Origin: Octopus sinensis
Taxonomy: Eukaryota
DNA length: 64,000 nt
Direction: 5' to 3'
NCBI RefSeq assembly: GCF_006345805.1
Contig: NC_043007.1
Span: forward strand, 62,434,001 to 62,498,000
Position 1 is the stretch's first letter. Each line of letters starts with the position of its first letter. A program made the position numbers and the translations under genes. Shown in pieces: positions 13,904 to 27,327 of the stretch. The notes below the pieces were generated by a model. It saw only the letters and a list, made by a program, of their open reading frames with translations, searched no databases and was not told the origin of the DNA.

Positions 13904-14122
13904 AGCACATCCAAAAGAATTTCTCTGGTTAATGCTGAAATTTCTGAAAGCCACATGGACAAAAAAAGTTATGCTTTCCGAATTAAACCGAGAAATCATC
14001 GCCGTGCCTTTTATATACATGCTGAAAATGAATTAGAGCAGAACAATTGGATGCAAGCAATCTGCTTTGCCAAGGCAGCCGGTCGACTTGGTGACAACTC
14101 TCAGGCATGTGTTCTCCAATGA
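13904..14122 (+). CDS. Terminal coding exon of a pleckstrin-homology (PH) domain protein ending in a CaaX motif
   Basis: Polypyrimidine tract plus CAG acceptor at 13901-13903, phase 0. Translation STSKRISLVNAEISESHMDKKSYAFRIKPRNHRRAFYIHAENELEQNNWMQAICFAKAAGRLGDNSQACVLQ* matches the PH C-terminal half (IxL...FxI...RxFYxxAxxxxExxxWxxAI). Confidence 0.88.
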   Translation, partial: STSKRISLVNAEISESHMDKKSYAFRIKPRNHRRAFYIHAENELEQNNWMQAICFAKAAGRLGDNSQACVLQ

Positions 14123-15741
14123 TAATGGCCTCTGTGTTTATCTAGTTACTATAAGGGAGGGTGGGGTGACAGAACAGACAGAAAGGTTCACAGTGGTACA
14201 AAGCAGTACACATATGTGACTAAGGTACTAAAAACAGTACCTCCGAAATCATCACCATCATCATCATCACCATCATCATCATAAACATATAGAATATTCC
14301 AATGATGAAAAGAAAATGAACATATACAATGTCATAATTCTGGAAAAATCGAAAATTTTGCAGAGGACAGAATCCCTTTTCAAACTGACCAAGCAATAAG
14401 GCAGCTTTAAGATAGCTCTCAAAATCATGAATTCAAAATCGATTTTGTTAAACTGGAAAAACAAAAAAAAAAGTTTTTATTTTCAAAAGTTTTCTTTCAT
14501 TTAAAAAAAAGTTTCTTGTTTTCGATACTTTTTATTTTATTATTTTTTCAAATCAGTTTTTTCCCCCTTTCTTTTAAAATAGTGTTTAAAATTTTATTTA
14601 TCTTTTACTGCTCTTTTTTTTTTCAAAATTTATATTTGTTTTTATATTTGTCCTGTTTATATTTTTTTAAAAAGGCTTATGTTAATTCCAGCCATTTTTA
14701 AATGTATACATTTCTTTAATTTATTCAACAATGTATGTATGTGTGTAATATATGTAAAAACACTCAATCATAAATTCACACTTGTGTTTTCAAGTGTTCA
14801 GTTGCTAGAGAATGGGTGTGTTGTGTATACATAGTTCATATGTACATATATGTATACACCTTAAGTATGGTTGTGTGTGTGGTTGGCTATGGATACATGT
14901 GGACACACTCAGCTATTCTGCTCATCTCTGTGACCCTATTATACATGTTAATTTCAACTTATTTATTTTAAAAGGCGCTGAAACAGCTAAAGTGAGGAGC
15001 AAATGCACCTCGGACTGATCTAAAACCTGATACATAATACTGTTTATAAGATTACCTTTTCTATGTTCTTTTCCCCTTTATTTATTCATTTTTCTTTTTC
15101 CTTCTCTTTTTTCTTTTTTGCCAAATTGATTTTCTTCTCTTTATTTTTTTGTTGCCAAATTGATCATCCGGTAGTTTCTGTTTTGTTGTTTACTCCATGT
15201 GATTATTTTCCCTTTGTTTTTTTTTTTCATGGCTTTTTTACAACACCAAATTGTTGTATTGGTGATGTAGTGAAAAAAATTAATAACATAGAATCCTGTC
15301 AGTTACCTGTAGAACCATAATAATGGCCCTCTACACTAATTTATTCGTAATATACACAGTAGCAACAACAAATGTTAGTTATTTAATACCAAGTATACAC
15401 ACTTCCACTTACTTATTTCATCATGCAAATTTAAAAGTATTAAAGTTGTGTGGAGGAAGGACAATTGAGGGGTTTTTTTAATATTTTTTTTCTTCATCGC
15501 TTAACTCCAATTTGACTTTTCCTACATGAAATGGAATGAACCTTCTTTGGCAAGATACAGCTAGAATAAATTATTAAATGAAAAATACAAGAGTAAATCA
15601 GAATAAAAGAAGTTTTTCAAGGAACTCATTTATAAAAAAAGTAAAAGGCTAGATGCCCTTTTTTCATGTTGTTCTTGTTTGCTTGTCTTTTTCCCTTTTT
15701 TTTTCAATACCAATATGTTGTCGTTGTTGTTATAATAATTA

Positions 15742-15789
<48 letters not shown>

Positions 15790-15798
15790 ATTATTATT

Positions 15799-16250
15799 AA
15801 GGCAGCAAGCTAGCAGATTCACTAGCATGCCACGCAAAATGCTTAACAGCATTTCATCTGTCTTCATGTTCTTAGTTCAAATTCCACCAAGGTTGACTTT
15901 GCCTTTCATCTTTTTGGGATCGATAAAATAGTACCAGTTGGTAACTGGAGGGTCAATGTAATCAACTTAACCCCTCCCTCGAATTTGCTGGCCTTGTACC
16001 CAAATTTGAAACCATTATTATTATTACGACAAAGCTGACAGAATCATTGGAGTGTTGGAAAAATGTTCTTTTAGGACATTTGTTCCAACTCTTTACATTC
16101 TGAGTTCAAATCCTGCCAAGGTCAACTTCACCTTTCATCCTTTTGAGGTCAATAAAATAAAGTACCAGTAAAGCACTGGGGCTAGCCAATATATATTCTG
16201 CTCATTCCCTCTCCTCAAAATTGCTGGCCTTGTACCTAAATTACAAACCA
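15799..16250 (+). mobile_element. Two tandem tRNA-derived SINEs in an (ATT)n tract
   Basis: Body aaggcagcaagctagcag...gttcaaattcc...gactttgcctttcatc...agtacc occurs twice. Confidence 0.75.
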
Positions 16251-16980
16251 TTATTATTATCATTATTATTAATTAATTAATTAATAATGATGCCATTTTT
16301 TTAAGGTTATACTCCAGCATGCCTTAGCTATGATACTTAACATAAACTAGAGAACTTCTTAAGTTTTTTGTTTCAATCATTCAATGTGATAGAGTGGAAG
16401 TGATGGCTTTGTATCTAAATAACTTTCAATTAACAGTTTTTAACTGGCAGCTCCAACATATTCGGATTGGTCTAAATGGAGAAGTTTCTTAATTAATTGG
16501 TATTATTCTTTCTTTTTTTTTCTTTCTTGTTTTTGTTCTATTTTTGTTGTTGATATTAATGCAAATCATTCCAGCAGATTCCCATTTTCATATTTTTAAT
16601 TGTGTTACTATTGAGAGGAAAATAACAATAAAGTGTTGTTGTTATCATCATCATCATCATCATCATTATTATTATTATTATTGCCATTATTGTCGTCATG
16701 ATCATCATCATTGTCATGAATCAGTAAGGATGATGGACAGTAGAATGTGGAAATAAATACAGCATTTAGATTTCTCATTCTTGGTCCAAAGTTCAAATCC
16801 TGTCAGAGATTTGATAAAATAAGTAGCGATAATTTAATTGGGTTCATTCAATTAGGCATACTCCTGACTTTGATGATTGGCTTTGTGCCTAATCAAAATA
16901 TAACATCACCACCACCATTACTACGATCACCACCACAACCATCATAATCATTATTGTCATCAGCATCAGCATCATCATCA

Positions 16981-17020
<40 letters not shown>

Positions 17021-17166
17021 TTAAAAATTGCAAGCAATTTCATTTTTTTTTTACATTAATTTAAACTTTTTGCAATAAATCCATGGAAGCTCCTTTTTGT
17101 ACTATTTTTTCTCCTTTACATATTTTCAAATGGATATATATATATATATATATATCCATTTATATA

Positions 17167-17203
<37 letters not shown>

Positions 17204-19033
17204 ATATATATATATCCATTTATATATATATATATATGTATATATATACAGACATACATACTAACATACACACATACACATTATATATATAATGTATACA
17301 TATAAAAATCATTTCTATTTTTATGCTTATATTAAAAGAAAAGAAGGTAAAAAGGAAGTTTATAGTTTATATTACTTCCTGTGTACATTTTGTTTAAAAT
17401 GCTAAAAATAAAATGGGATTCTACTTTTTAATTTAATTTTTAAAAAGTTGCTAATGTTAGCAAATGTCACATTGTCACAATTCAATTCAATGTTTTGTTG
17501 CTTTTAAATTTTTTTTCCGTTTTCTTTTGTTTTTTTCTCTATGTATTTCGCAAATCAAATGTCATGTTGTAATAGAACTTTCACACTGAGAGGAGTTATG
17601 TAACAGCTAAGCAAATCAGGCAATACGATAACAATATACAATATAGTTAACAGTTCTTATTAATTGTTATATATTTTGTGTTGTTAAATTTATACCCTTT
17701 CATTAAATTGAAATGAATGAAAAGTAATCCAAGCATTATTGACAACATATGTATAAAAACGTGTGTGTGTGTGGTGTTGTAACTAGAATTATAAATTTAT
17801 ACCCAGAGGTTTTGTTTACCCATCCTCATTTGAGTGCAGCAGTAGGGTATCTTTAGGTATAAGTTTGTAATTCTATGTGCAGTTTATGTACACACACCTG
17901 CATACTTCAGATTCTATGCACTACCGCCATAAGCATGTATCAAGCACTCTTATGTTTTTTCACAAAAAAAAAAGGCATAACTCATACACACATGTGTGTA
18001 TGTGTGTGTATGTATGTTCACATATAATACTTGTACACACAAAATATTGTTTTAGGGTCATCAATGTGGCCTTGTCACTTAAGTGTTCAACTCCGGAACA
18101 GAAAGCTGGTTCAGTTCCAGTTTACAAACTGAGATTTAATTTTAATCTTTTCTCCAGTATCTGTTACAACAACTGGTCTACTGTTCCAATCAAAGCATTC
18201 TGCTGAGAAAATGACTCAACCCTTGGCTCTCTGATTTGAATGTCATGTGACCACTATGGTGGGGTGGAGTCTGTATAATGTTAAATAGCTTTTAATTTGT
18301 TAATCACTATATATAAAGAATGACACCAATTTAATGATTTTCTTGTTAAATTTTTATCATTTTCCAAGTTAACATTTAATTTGAAAAATTTCCTCTCTAA
18401 ATATCATTTAAAACTTTATGCAATGTTCATAAGTTTTCTTTGTTCTGGCAAATATATCTATTGAATATAGCCAACTATTTAATGTTTAAAGGCTATGACC
18501 AACAAAGAAACTCTTTTGTAAATCATTCAGCCTGCTAAAACTGCATCATTATCTTCACTTATTTCAAACCAATTCCATTTGAAATGCTGAGATCTTATAT
18601 TCCATATCTTAGTCTTTTCTGTCAAAAATAGTCAACACAGCACATGACAAACTATAGCTGTAGTCTTTAACAGAGTAACATCACATAACCATGTCTAACT
18701 CCTCAGCTTTAAAGGTGCATATAGCAAAGGATTCAGTGTTAGAGTATTAGTTTTGACTATGTAAATTAACAAACTGCTTATTAGCTTATAGATATGTTTT
18801 TTCAAATTTGGCTGTTGGGAACAATTCAATTTTTTTGTACTTCTAGTAAATTCCATTTGAATTGTTTGGATTTTGTATTTAAAAAGTTGACTATATAGTT
18901 TTTCAAACTTTAGGCAACTCATTTCATTGATTAATCAGTTTAGCAACAACGATGTCATGAACATATTACATAGCTGTTTTCACTCAAGAAATCAGTTATA
19001 GAATATGAAGTTTTAAATGTAAAACTAAGAATC

Positions 19034-19252
19034 TATTGTTACATTCGAGGATGTTTTTTTTGTTGTGTTTTTTTTTTGCCAATTAACCACTGTATACTTG
19101 TCCTTCACTTTAGGTTTATTACTCTTCTTATTTTAGTGTCTTTTGTCTGAAATTTTTCATCATACACCCTCTGACCTCTTCAATAAAGTATATAGTGCAT
19201 GTAGTTAATTGGCAAAAAAAAAAGTAAATTACCATCCCCAAATATAACAATA
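19034..19252. repeat. Imperfect inverted repeat (old MITE?)
   Basis: tattgttacattcgaggatg...tttttgccaattaaccac pairs with gtagttaattggcaaaaa...catccccaaatataacaata. Confidence 0.6.
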
Positions 19253-20316
19253 TCTGTTTCCACACATGATTTCACATCAAGAATCTTGCAAAACAGATAC
19301 ATAAACATTAGAATTTATTATTATATTTATTGCATTATAAGTTTTATATATATTACAGCAGTTTTTCTAACAATAAAGGCACATTGTCTGTGAAGTTAAA
19401 ATTGTAGATTACTGACCCCCATATTCATGAGTTCAAACTTTGCTACAGACTGTGTTCTGCTATCTTGCCTTGACAAATTAATCTGCTTACTTCAGACTAA
19501 CTAAAACTAAACATCTGTAAGAAAGAGTATCTGACTGTAAAGATACTTGTAATTATTTGCGTATTTTTAAAAGTTCTCCTCCGCCTCTTGCTGGCATGGA
19601 AAATTTGATGGAATCTATAGGAAAAGATAAATTTCAAACTTGCTTTACATGACAAAAGAATTGGATGTGATAAATAAAACTTTGTTATTTAAACATTATG
19701 CTGTCAACTCAATATCTAGTTTGGCTTTGAAATAAATCATCATCATCATCATCATCATTATCATCATCATCATCGTTATTATTATTATTGTCATCATCAT
19801 CATTATTAATATTTGCATTACATTAAAAGATGTAGAACAATTTTGTAATTTCCTGTGCAAAAGCAAGAATGTAACATAATTAGTAGTGATGTCTTCTTGT
19901 AAGTACTGTGGCTAGAGGCACAATATCAGGTCGAGATATTGTAACAAGATGAAACAAGCTATTGATCTTCATTTCTGTACTGGAAGTCAAGAATGTGAGA
20001 CAAGGTGGATAGATGTATAAAATAGAGTTATTGATGACTAAATTAAACTAAATCGAAAAACAGTGAAAAATTGTTGTTGTTGTTGTTGTTAAGAGCCTAA
20101 TCACCATTGCTTCAATGAATTTATAGCATGAAGGTGGTTGATCAAATGCTTAAAAGAAATCCATAGGTACTATATTTCAGGTATGCTGATACAAGTTGTC
20201 CAACTCATTGGCTTGGATTGAACTTCATCCTGTTATCAGTATTCTAGACATACTATCATTCTGTCTATAAATGGGTCATGTTACCAAATATTTAGATCTT
20301 AAACACAATCCTCATT

Positions 20317-20543
20317 TTAACCCTTTTGATACCAACCTGCCCAAGATTGCCTCTGGTTCTATGACACAAACTTCCTGTTTTAAAGTAATCTAAATTTGAA
20401 CCTGCCACCAGAATTTTGTTAATTTATGTTCCAAATAACACCTTCATAATGACAAAGCTATTTTACTAAATTCACAATTATTTTCAAAATAAATTGAAAC
20501 AAGTCAGTGTATTTCATCAGAAATATAGTAACAAAATGGTTAC
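20317..20543. mobile_element. piggyBac-like MITE
   Basis: Starts ttaacccttttgatacc and is the inverse copy of the outer element at 8298-8739. Confidence 0.6.
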
Positions 20544-21372
20544 AGATACAGAGAGGTTAATGAATGGAAATTGGACTTACTACATTGTGCAGTTTCAGCA
20601 ACTACATACTAGCTCTTATGGCTTAATTACAAAATGTAACTTTTTTCTTATACTACAACAAAGTAAAAATAGGAGACTGGGGGTGTATTGACATACAGGA
20701 TTCAAAACCTTATGCTAATATCAAAGATTAGACTAAAAGTATCAGCTAATGTTGGTTAGGTAGAAGGGCATCCACAAGAAATGTGGGATCTTTCAGAATT
20801 AAGAGAGACTAAGGGTTGTGTAAACAAGTGCCCTGATGAAACAATAAATCACCAAATTCCTTTAGTGGAGTGGGACTTGTATTTTCCCTGTCAGCTGAAA
20901 AGTATCTTTCTTAGATAATGACAACCATTAGACATGTATTTGATAGAAATTAACAAAATCTCTAAAAATTTTACCTCTGTTTTACATAGAATATAACAGC
21001 ACATACAGACCCATATAAACACAACATATATAATGTATTTGTGCATGTGTATACATATATGAATATACATATGTATGTATGCCTATATATGTATATATAT
21101 ATATGTTATGTATATAATATATATATATGCACATTCATATATATATGCACATACATATATATTTACACATGTGTGTGTATATATATATGTATGTATGTAT
21201 ATATATATATATATATTATATATATATATATGCACATACATATATATTTACACATGTGTGTGTATATATATATGTTTGTATAAATCTATGTATATATTTA
21301 TATACATGTATATGAATATACATATGTATGTATGCCTATATATGTATATATATATATGTATGTATGTATGTA

Positions 21373-21408
<36 letters not shown>

Positions 21409-21413
21409 TGTAT

Positions 21414-21451
<38 letters not shown>

Positions 21452-21477
21452 GTATGTATGTATGTATATATAATATA

Positions 21478-21515
<38 letters not shown>

Positions 21516-21929
21516 TATATAGGTATATATATATATATAGGTATAATTTTTATAGAAGTGCATTATCAAACATGAGCCCTACTAGTGGTTGTGACCATAG
21601 TTCAGGTATGTTTAATAGGCTGCTGTTGAACTCTCAGGTTGTGCTTCTCAAAGAGGTATGCAGTCTCACAATTTTTCAAGTATTTTTAACATTCAATTTT
21701 TAGGCATCCACTTTCAGTGAAAAGTTGCTGGAGCCTGCATTAAATCAAAGTTTTCCTGTATTCTGCTTTTGCTTTTGTATGAGGCTGTACATGTGTGTTT
21801 GTGTGTGTGTGTGTGTTTGCGTGTGTGGAGGTATATGTCTAGTTATATGTGCATATCTATGTATAATTGTATATGTTTATGTGCATATGTATACACTCAT
21901 ATATACACATGAATATTGGTAAATAGATC

Positions 21930-21969
<40 letters not shown>

Positions 21970-22097
21970 CATGCATATATATACATATATAATTATACAA
22001 AATATTTTATAATTATATACATGATTATAACAAGGGATTGGCTTTATGCCTCATGCAAATAATATGTGTGTGTGTATATATATGTATATATATATAT

Positions 22098-22827
22098 TTA
22101 GAATGTTGTTTGTTATGGCCAGTCAGAGAGTGACCATTGGTTTTGCACAGATAAAGTGTTTAGCTGTATAGGTAACTAATCAGACTCTAATGGTCAGAGG
22201 CACATAACCTCTCTACAACTGGAGGGAGGAAAACATAATAGTTAACTTAAAACACGAAAAATTCTGGAAAAACCTTGGTTGACACTTTCCAGTAATGCAG
22301 AAGATGGCTGATGTTGGAAGCATTTCCCTAATCAGCAAAAGGAGAATTCCATGTTTCCAATACAGATTTCCTCTGATGAGGACACTGGCTAAACATCACT
22401 ATTTTTGAGTTTAAAAAGATCAAGTTACGTAAAAAAGTAACTTGACCTAGGTACCTTTTTAAACTCTGAAAATGAAGTGTTTAGCCAGCACCCTAATCAA
22501 AGAAAATTCATGTTGGAAACTTGTAATTTCCTGTTTGTCAACTAAGGGGATGTTGCCACTATCAACTATCTTCAACATAACTGGAACCAATCTAAGGGGA
22601 ACAACTTCACTTCACCCAAGGTTTTGTCATTACAGTTTTGATTCGGATTTTTTTTGGGGGGGGGCGGGGGTTACAGAATTAATTGACCATGTTATTTTCT
22701 TCGCTCCAGTTGCAGAGAGGTTATGTAGCTCTGACCATTTCCATCTGATGGGTCACCTGTATAGCTAAGCAATTTATAGGTGTGAAACCAATGGTTGCTC
22801 TCTAACAAGCCATAACAACTGTTCTAA
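22098..22827. mobile_element. Foldback element: imperfect palindrome of about 730 bp
   Basis: Arms pair throughout: ttagaatgttgtt/aacaactgttctaa, cataacctctctacaactggag/ctccagttgcagagaggttatg, ctggctaaaca/tgtttagccag. Centre is tcaagttac-gtaaaaaa-gtaacttga. Confidence 0.8.
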
Positions 22828-23070
22828 TGTTTTAGAGTATACTTCTTTTCAGATTTATGAACTACAAACTGATAAAATATATAAATGTATATATGTGTAT
22901 ATATATATGTGTGTGTGTTTATATATATATGTATATATATATACATATATATGTATATATATATGTATGTATATATATATATATTATATATATGTATGTA
23001 TATATATATGTATGTATATATATATATGTATGTGTATATATATATATATGTATGTATATATATATGTATG

Positions 23071-23103
<33 letters not shown>

Positions 23104-23176
23104 GTATGTATGTATATATATATATATTATATATATATGTATGTATATATATATTATATGATATGTTTATGGAATA

Positions 23177-23226
23177 TTAGACAATAGCTGCAGGATTTTT
23201 ATCATCAACCACCATGGCGCAGTCTT
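23177..23226 (-). CDS. Candidate terminal coding exon of a convergent gene: (E)[15 protein letters not shown]
   Basis: Minus-strand acceptor tttacag with a ctaa branch-like motif upstream. Phase 1 is open to TAA. No homology recognised. Confidence 0.35.
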
Positions 23227-23410
23227 CTGTAAATTGGGTTTTTTAGATTTCCTTTGTCATCTCTTTTACTATTGTCAAAATAAAACATTTGTATTTGTGA
23301 TTTAAAAACCTTTTTTTTTTCTTTTTGTTTAATTTCCTTTCTAAATTTTATCAGTACAATCAATATTGAAGGTGAAAAATATAAAAATGGAATGCACTTT
23401 TCTAACTCAC

Positions 23411-23434
23411 CCACATTGTCTGATAACCAGTTAA
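23411..23434 (-). CDS. Candidate 24-nt microexon (xNWLSDNV)
   Basis: Flanked by tttccag and GTGAGT. It splices in frame across a 184-nt intron to 23177-23226. Confidence 0.35.
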
Positions 23435-23508
23435 CTGGAAATTTACAAATATATATATATATATATATACATACATGTACAGGTACATATGTATATATTG
23501 GCATATAT

Positions 23509-23544
<36 letters not shown>

Positions 23545-23724
23545 CAATATGTATATATATATATATATATTATATACATTATGTATAATATATGTATATA
23601 ATATATATATATATATATTATACATATATGTATACATATATGTATATATAGATATATAATATATATATATATTAGTATATATCTATATGTATATATATAT
23701 TATATATATATATATACATATATG

Positions 23725-23763
<39 letters not shown>

Positions 23764-24159
23764 TGATCTTATAATATATATATATTATATATATATATAG
23801 ATATATATATAGTATATATATATATATATTATATATACATTATATAATATATATACATATTATAATATATATTATGTGTATATATATATATACATATATG
23901 TGTATATATATATATACATATATACATAGATATAACATATATGTGTATATATATATATACATATATTATATATGATATACATATATATAATTTATATTTA
24001 TACATATATATATATATATACATATATATAGATATATATATAGATTATGATATATATATATATATATATATATTATACATATATGTTATACATATATATA
24101 TATATTATACATATATATATATATATTATACATATATATAATATACATATATGTATACA

Positions 24160-24197
<38 letters not shown>

Positions 24198-24307
24198 CAT
24201 ATATGTAACATATAGATATTAATATATACCTATATGTATAACATATATATAATATATACTATATATATATATATATACATATATGTATACATATATATAT
24301 ATATATA

Positions 24308-24350
<43 letters not shown>

Positions 24351-24355
24351 TGTAT

Positions 24356-24394
<39 letters not shown>

Positions 24395-24434
24395 ATATTA
24401 TATATATATATATATAGATATTATATACATATAT

Positions 24435-24498
<64 letters not shown>

Positions 24499-24505
24499 TA
24501 ATATA

Positions 24506-24567
<62 letters not shown>

Positions 24568-24603
24568 TATACAATATATATATATATATATTATATATAT
24601 ACA

Positions 24604-24678
<75 letters not shown>

Positions 24679-24707
24679 GCGAGAAAGAAGCAACAGAATG
24701 GATAGGT

Positions 24708-24798
24708 TTTTAGTACGATCGTTTCATACAAGGACAGGTTTTATTAAAAGTTGCAAAGATTACAGCATATAAACGAGTCCCGTACTCATCAGCTAAAA
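24708..24798 (-). ncRNA. Type I hammerhead ribozyme, mirror copy
   Basis: Reverse complement of 25023-25113. Confidence 0.82.
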
Positions 24799-25022
24799 TA
24801 CATGTGAGTTCTCTAGACATCCTAGTGTTTGAGGCTATACTCATGAAGTAATGTAGATAATTAATTAACATAAACAGATTTCTAAAGTTCATTAAAGTAA
24901 GACTGTACATCATCTTTAAAGAACTTTAATGAACTTTAGAAATCTGTTTATGTTAATTAATTATCTACATTACTTCATGAGTATAGCCTCAAACACTAGG
25001 ATGTCTAGAGAACTCACATGTA

Positions 25023-25113
25023 TTTTAGCTGATGAGTACGGGACTCGTTTATATGCTGTAATCTTTGCAACTTTTAATAAAACCTGTCCTTGTATGAAAC
25101 GATCGTACTAAAA
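25023..25113 (+). ncRNA. Type I hammerhead ribozyme, apparently intact
   Basis: Stem I TTTTAG/CTAAAA; core CTGATGA (25029-25035); stem II GTACGGGAC/GTCCTTGTAT; GAAA (25096-25099); stem III AC-GATC-GT; cleavage triplet GTA (25105-25107). Confidence 0.85.
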
Positions 25114-25833
25114 ACCTATCCATTCTTGTTGCTTCTTTCTCGCTTGCTTATAATCACCCCACATTACTGTATTGTTAAATCAGTATAGTTTTTTTTTTGG
25201 TGCATCTAAGTTAGGTACCATATTCAAGTAAATTCATTTAAATTAACTTGAATCTTTATTGCTCTTTGTATATATATATATATACTATAGACATATATGT
25301 ATATATATTATATATAGATATATATATATATATGTATATATATACATATATGTATATATATATATATTACTATATGTATATATATGTATATATATACATA
25401 TATGTATATATATATATATACATATATGTGTATATATATATATATACATATATGATATATTATATATACATATTCTATACATATGGATATATATATATAT
25501 ACATATATGGATATATAAATATATATATACATATATGTATAGGATATACATATCATTATATATATATATACATATATATATATATAGATATATACATATA
25601 TATATGTATATATATATATACATGATATGTATATATATATATGGATACATATAGGTATATATATATATATATACATATATGTATATATATAATAGACATA
25701 TAGGTATATAGTATATAGAGATATCCCATATGTGTATATATATATATATATATAGAATATAGGTATATATATATATATTACTATATATATATATACATAT
25801 ATGTATATATATAGTATATATATATAATACACA

Positions 25834-25873
<40 letters not shown>

Positions 25874-26202
25874 TGTATATATTATATATACTATATGTAT
25901 ATATATATATATACATAGAATATGTGTAATATATATAGCAATATGTATATATATATAGATATATATATATTACATTAGTATATATATATATATACATATA
26001 TGTATATATATATAATAGTATATACATATATGGATATATATATATATATACATATATGTATATATATATATACATATATGTATTATAATATATATATTAC
26101 ATATATGTATATATATTATATATATATATATATATATACATTTATATATATATATATATTATATATATAATATATGTATATAATATATATAACATATATG
26201 GT

Positions 26203-26246
<44 letters not shown>

Positions 26247-26335
26247 TGTATGTATATATACATATATGTATGTATATATATATATATATATGTATAATAT
26301 ATATATATATATATGTATGTATGTATACATGTATG

Positions 26336-26388
<53 letters not shown>

Positions 26389-26903
26389 ATACAAACAGAA
26401 GTCTCTTTTTCTCATGACTCATGTTATACCACTGTAGTTTGAAGATTTGAATGGCATGAACCTCAAGCCATGGAAAAAAAAGAATTTAGTTTAAATAGAC
26501 AATATACTCTACACCTTACATTGAGTACTTTCCTCTTTTGTTGACAAACTTTAACATTTGAATGTATATAACCATTTATACATATATACACATAACATAA
26601 TTGTTAATGTACATCATATTTATTTAAAAGTTGACCATAACAGGCCAATACACAGGACCTTGAGTTTCATTCATACATTGATATTGTTTTGAAAGCTGAG
26701 AACATACTGCTAATTTTATATTCTACACAGACTATATACCAAAATTTCACATGTACAAAATAAAATAATAAATAAACAAACTGGCTTTTTATTCGTGTTT
26801 CATAAAATGACTTTTTTGCCTTTTTTTTATCACTTATTTCAAAGTTATCTATTTATCATATTTGATTAATAATTAAACATCTCTTGTGTAAGTTTATGTA
26901 TAA

Positions 26904-27099
26904 GCAGGAGTGGCTGTGTGGTAAGTAGCTTGTTTAGGCGCAGGAGTGGCTGTGTGGTAAGTAGTTTGTTTACCGACCACATGGTTCCGGGTTCAGTCCC
27001 ACTGCGTGGCACCTTGGGCAAGTGTCTTCTACTATAGCCTTGGGCCGACCAAAGCCTTGTGAGTGGATTTGGTAGACGGAAACTGAAAGAAGCCTGTCG

Positions 27100-27134
<35 letters not shown>

Positions 27135-27327
27135 GTTTGTCCCCCTAGCATTGCTTGACAACCGATGCTGGTGTGTTTATGTCCCCGTTACTTAGCGGTT
27201 CGGCAAAAGAGACCGATAGAATAAGTACTGGGCTTACAAAAGAATAAGTCCCGGGGTCGAGTTGCTCGATTAAAGGCGGTGCTCCAGCATGGCCGCAGTC
27301 AAATGACTGAAACAAGTAAAAGAGTAA
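26904..27327 (+). mobile_element. Near full-length tRNA-derived SINE with duplicated 5' head
   Basis: A/B-box head ggctgtgtggtaag...ggttcagtccc, internal (TA)n and tail tgactgaaacaagtaaaagag. Highly similar to 41232-41647. Confidence 0.85.

Larger units (their letters stand above)
14123..19380 (+). other. Probable long AU-rich 3' UTR of the PH gene (end uncertain)
   Basis: Follows the stop codon, is U-rich and mostly unique apart from SINEs. AATAAA candidates occur near 17075 and 19372. Confidence 0.3.
24679..25269 (+). mobile_element. Penelope-like pseudo-LTR/retrozyme-type insertion with an inverted 5' copy
   Basis: Arms 24679-24898 and 24923-25143 are reverse complements with one 1-nt indel seen and a 24-bp spacer. 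Each arm carries a hammerhead. The insertion sits in (TA)n. Confidence 0.75.
23450..26390. repeat. Large degenerate (TA)n array interrupted by the 24679-25269 insertion
   Basis: Directly visible. Confidence 0.95.

Noticed and set aside
24710-25111. Identical ORFs on opposite strands (MNFRNLF...)
   Set aside because: A consequence of the palindrome. The informative signal is the RNA structure.
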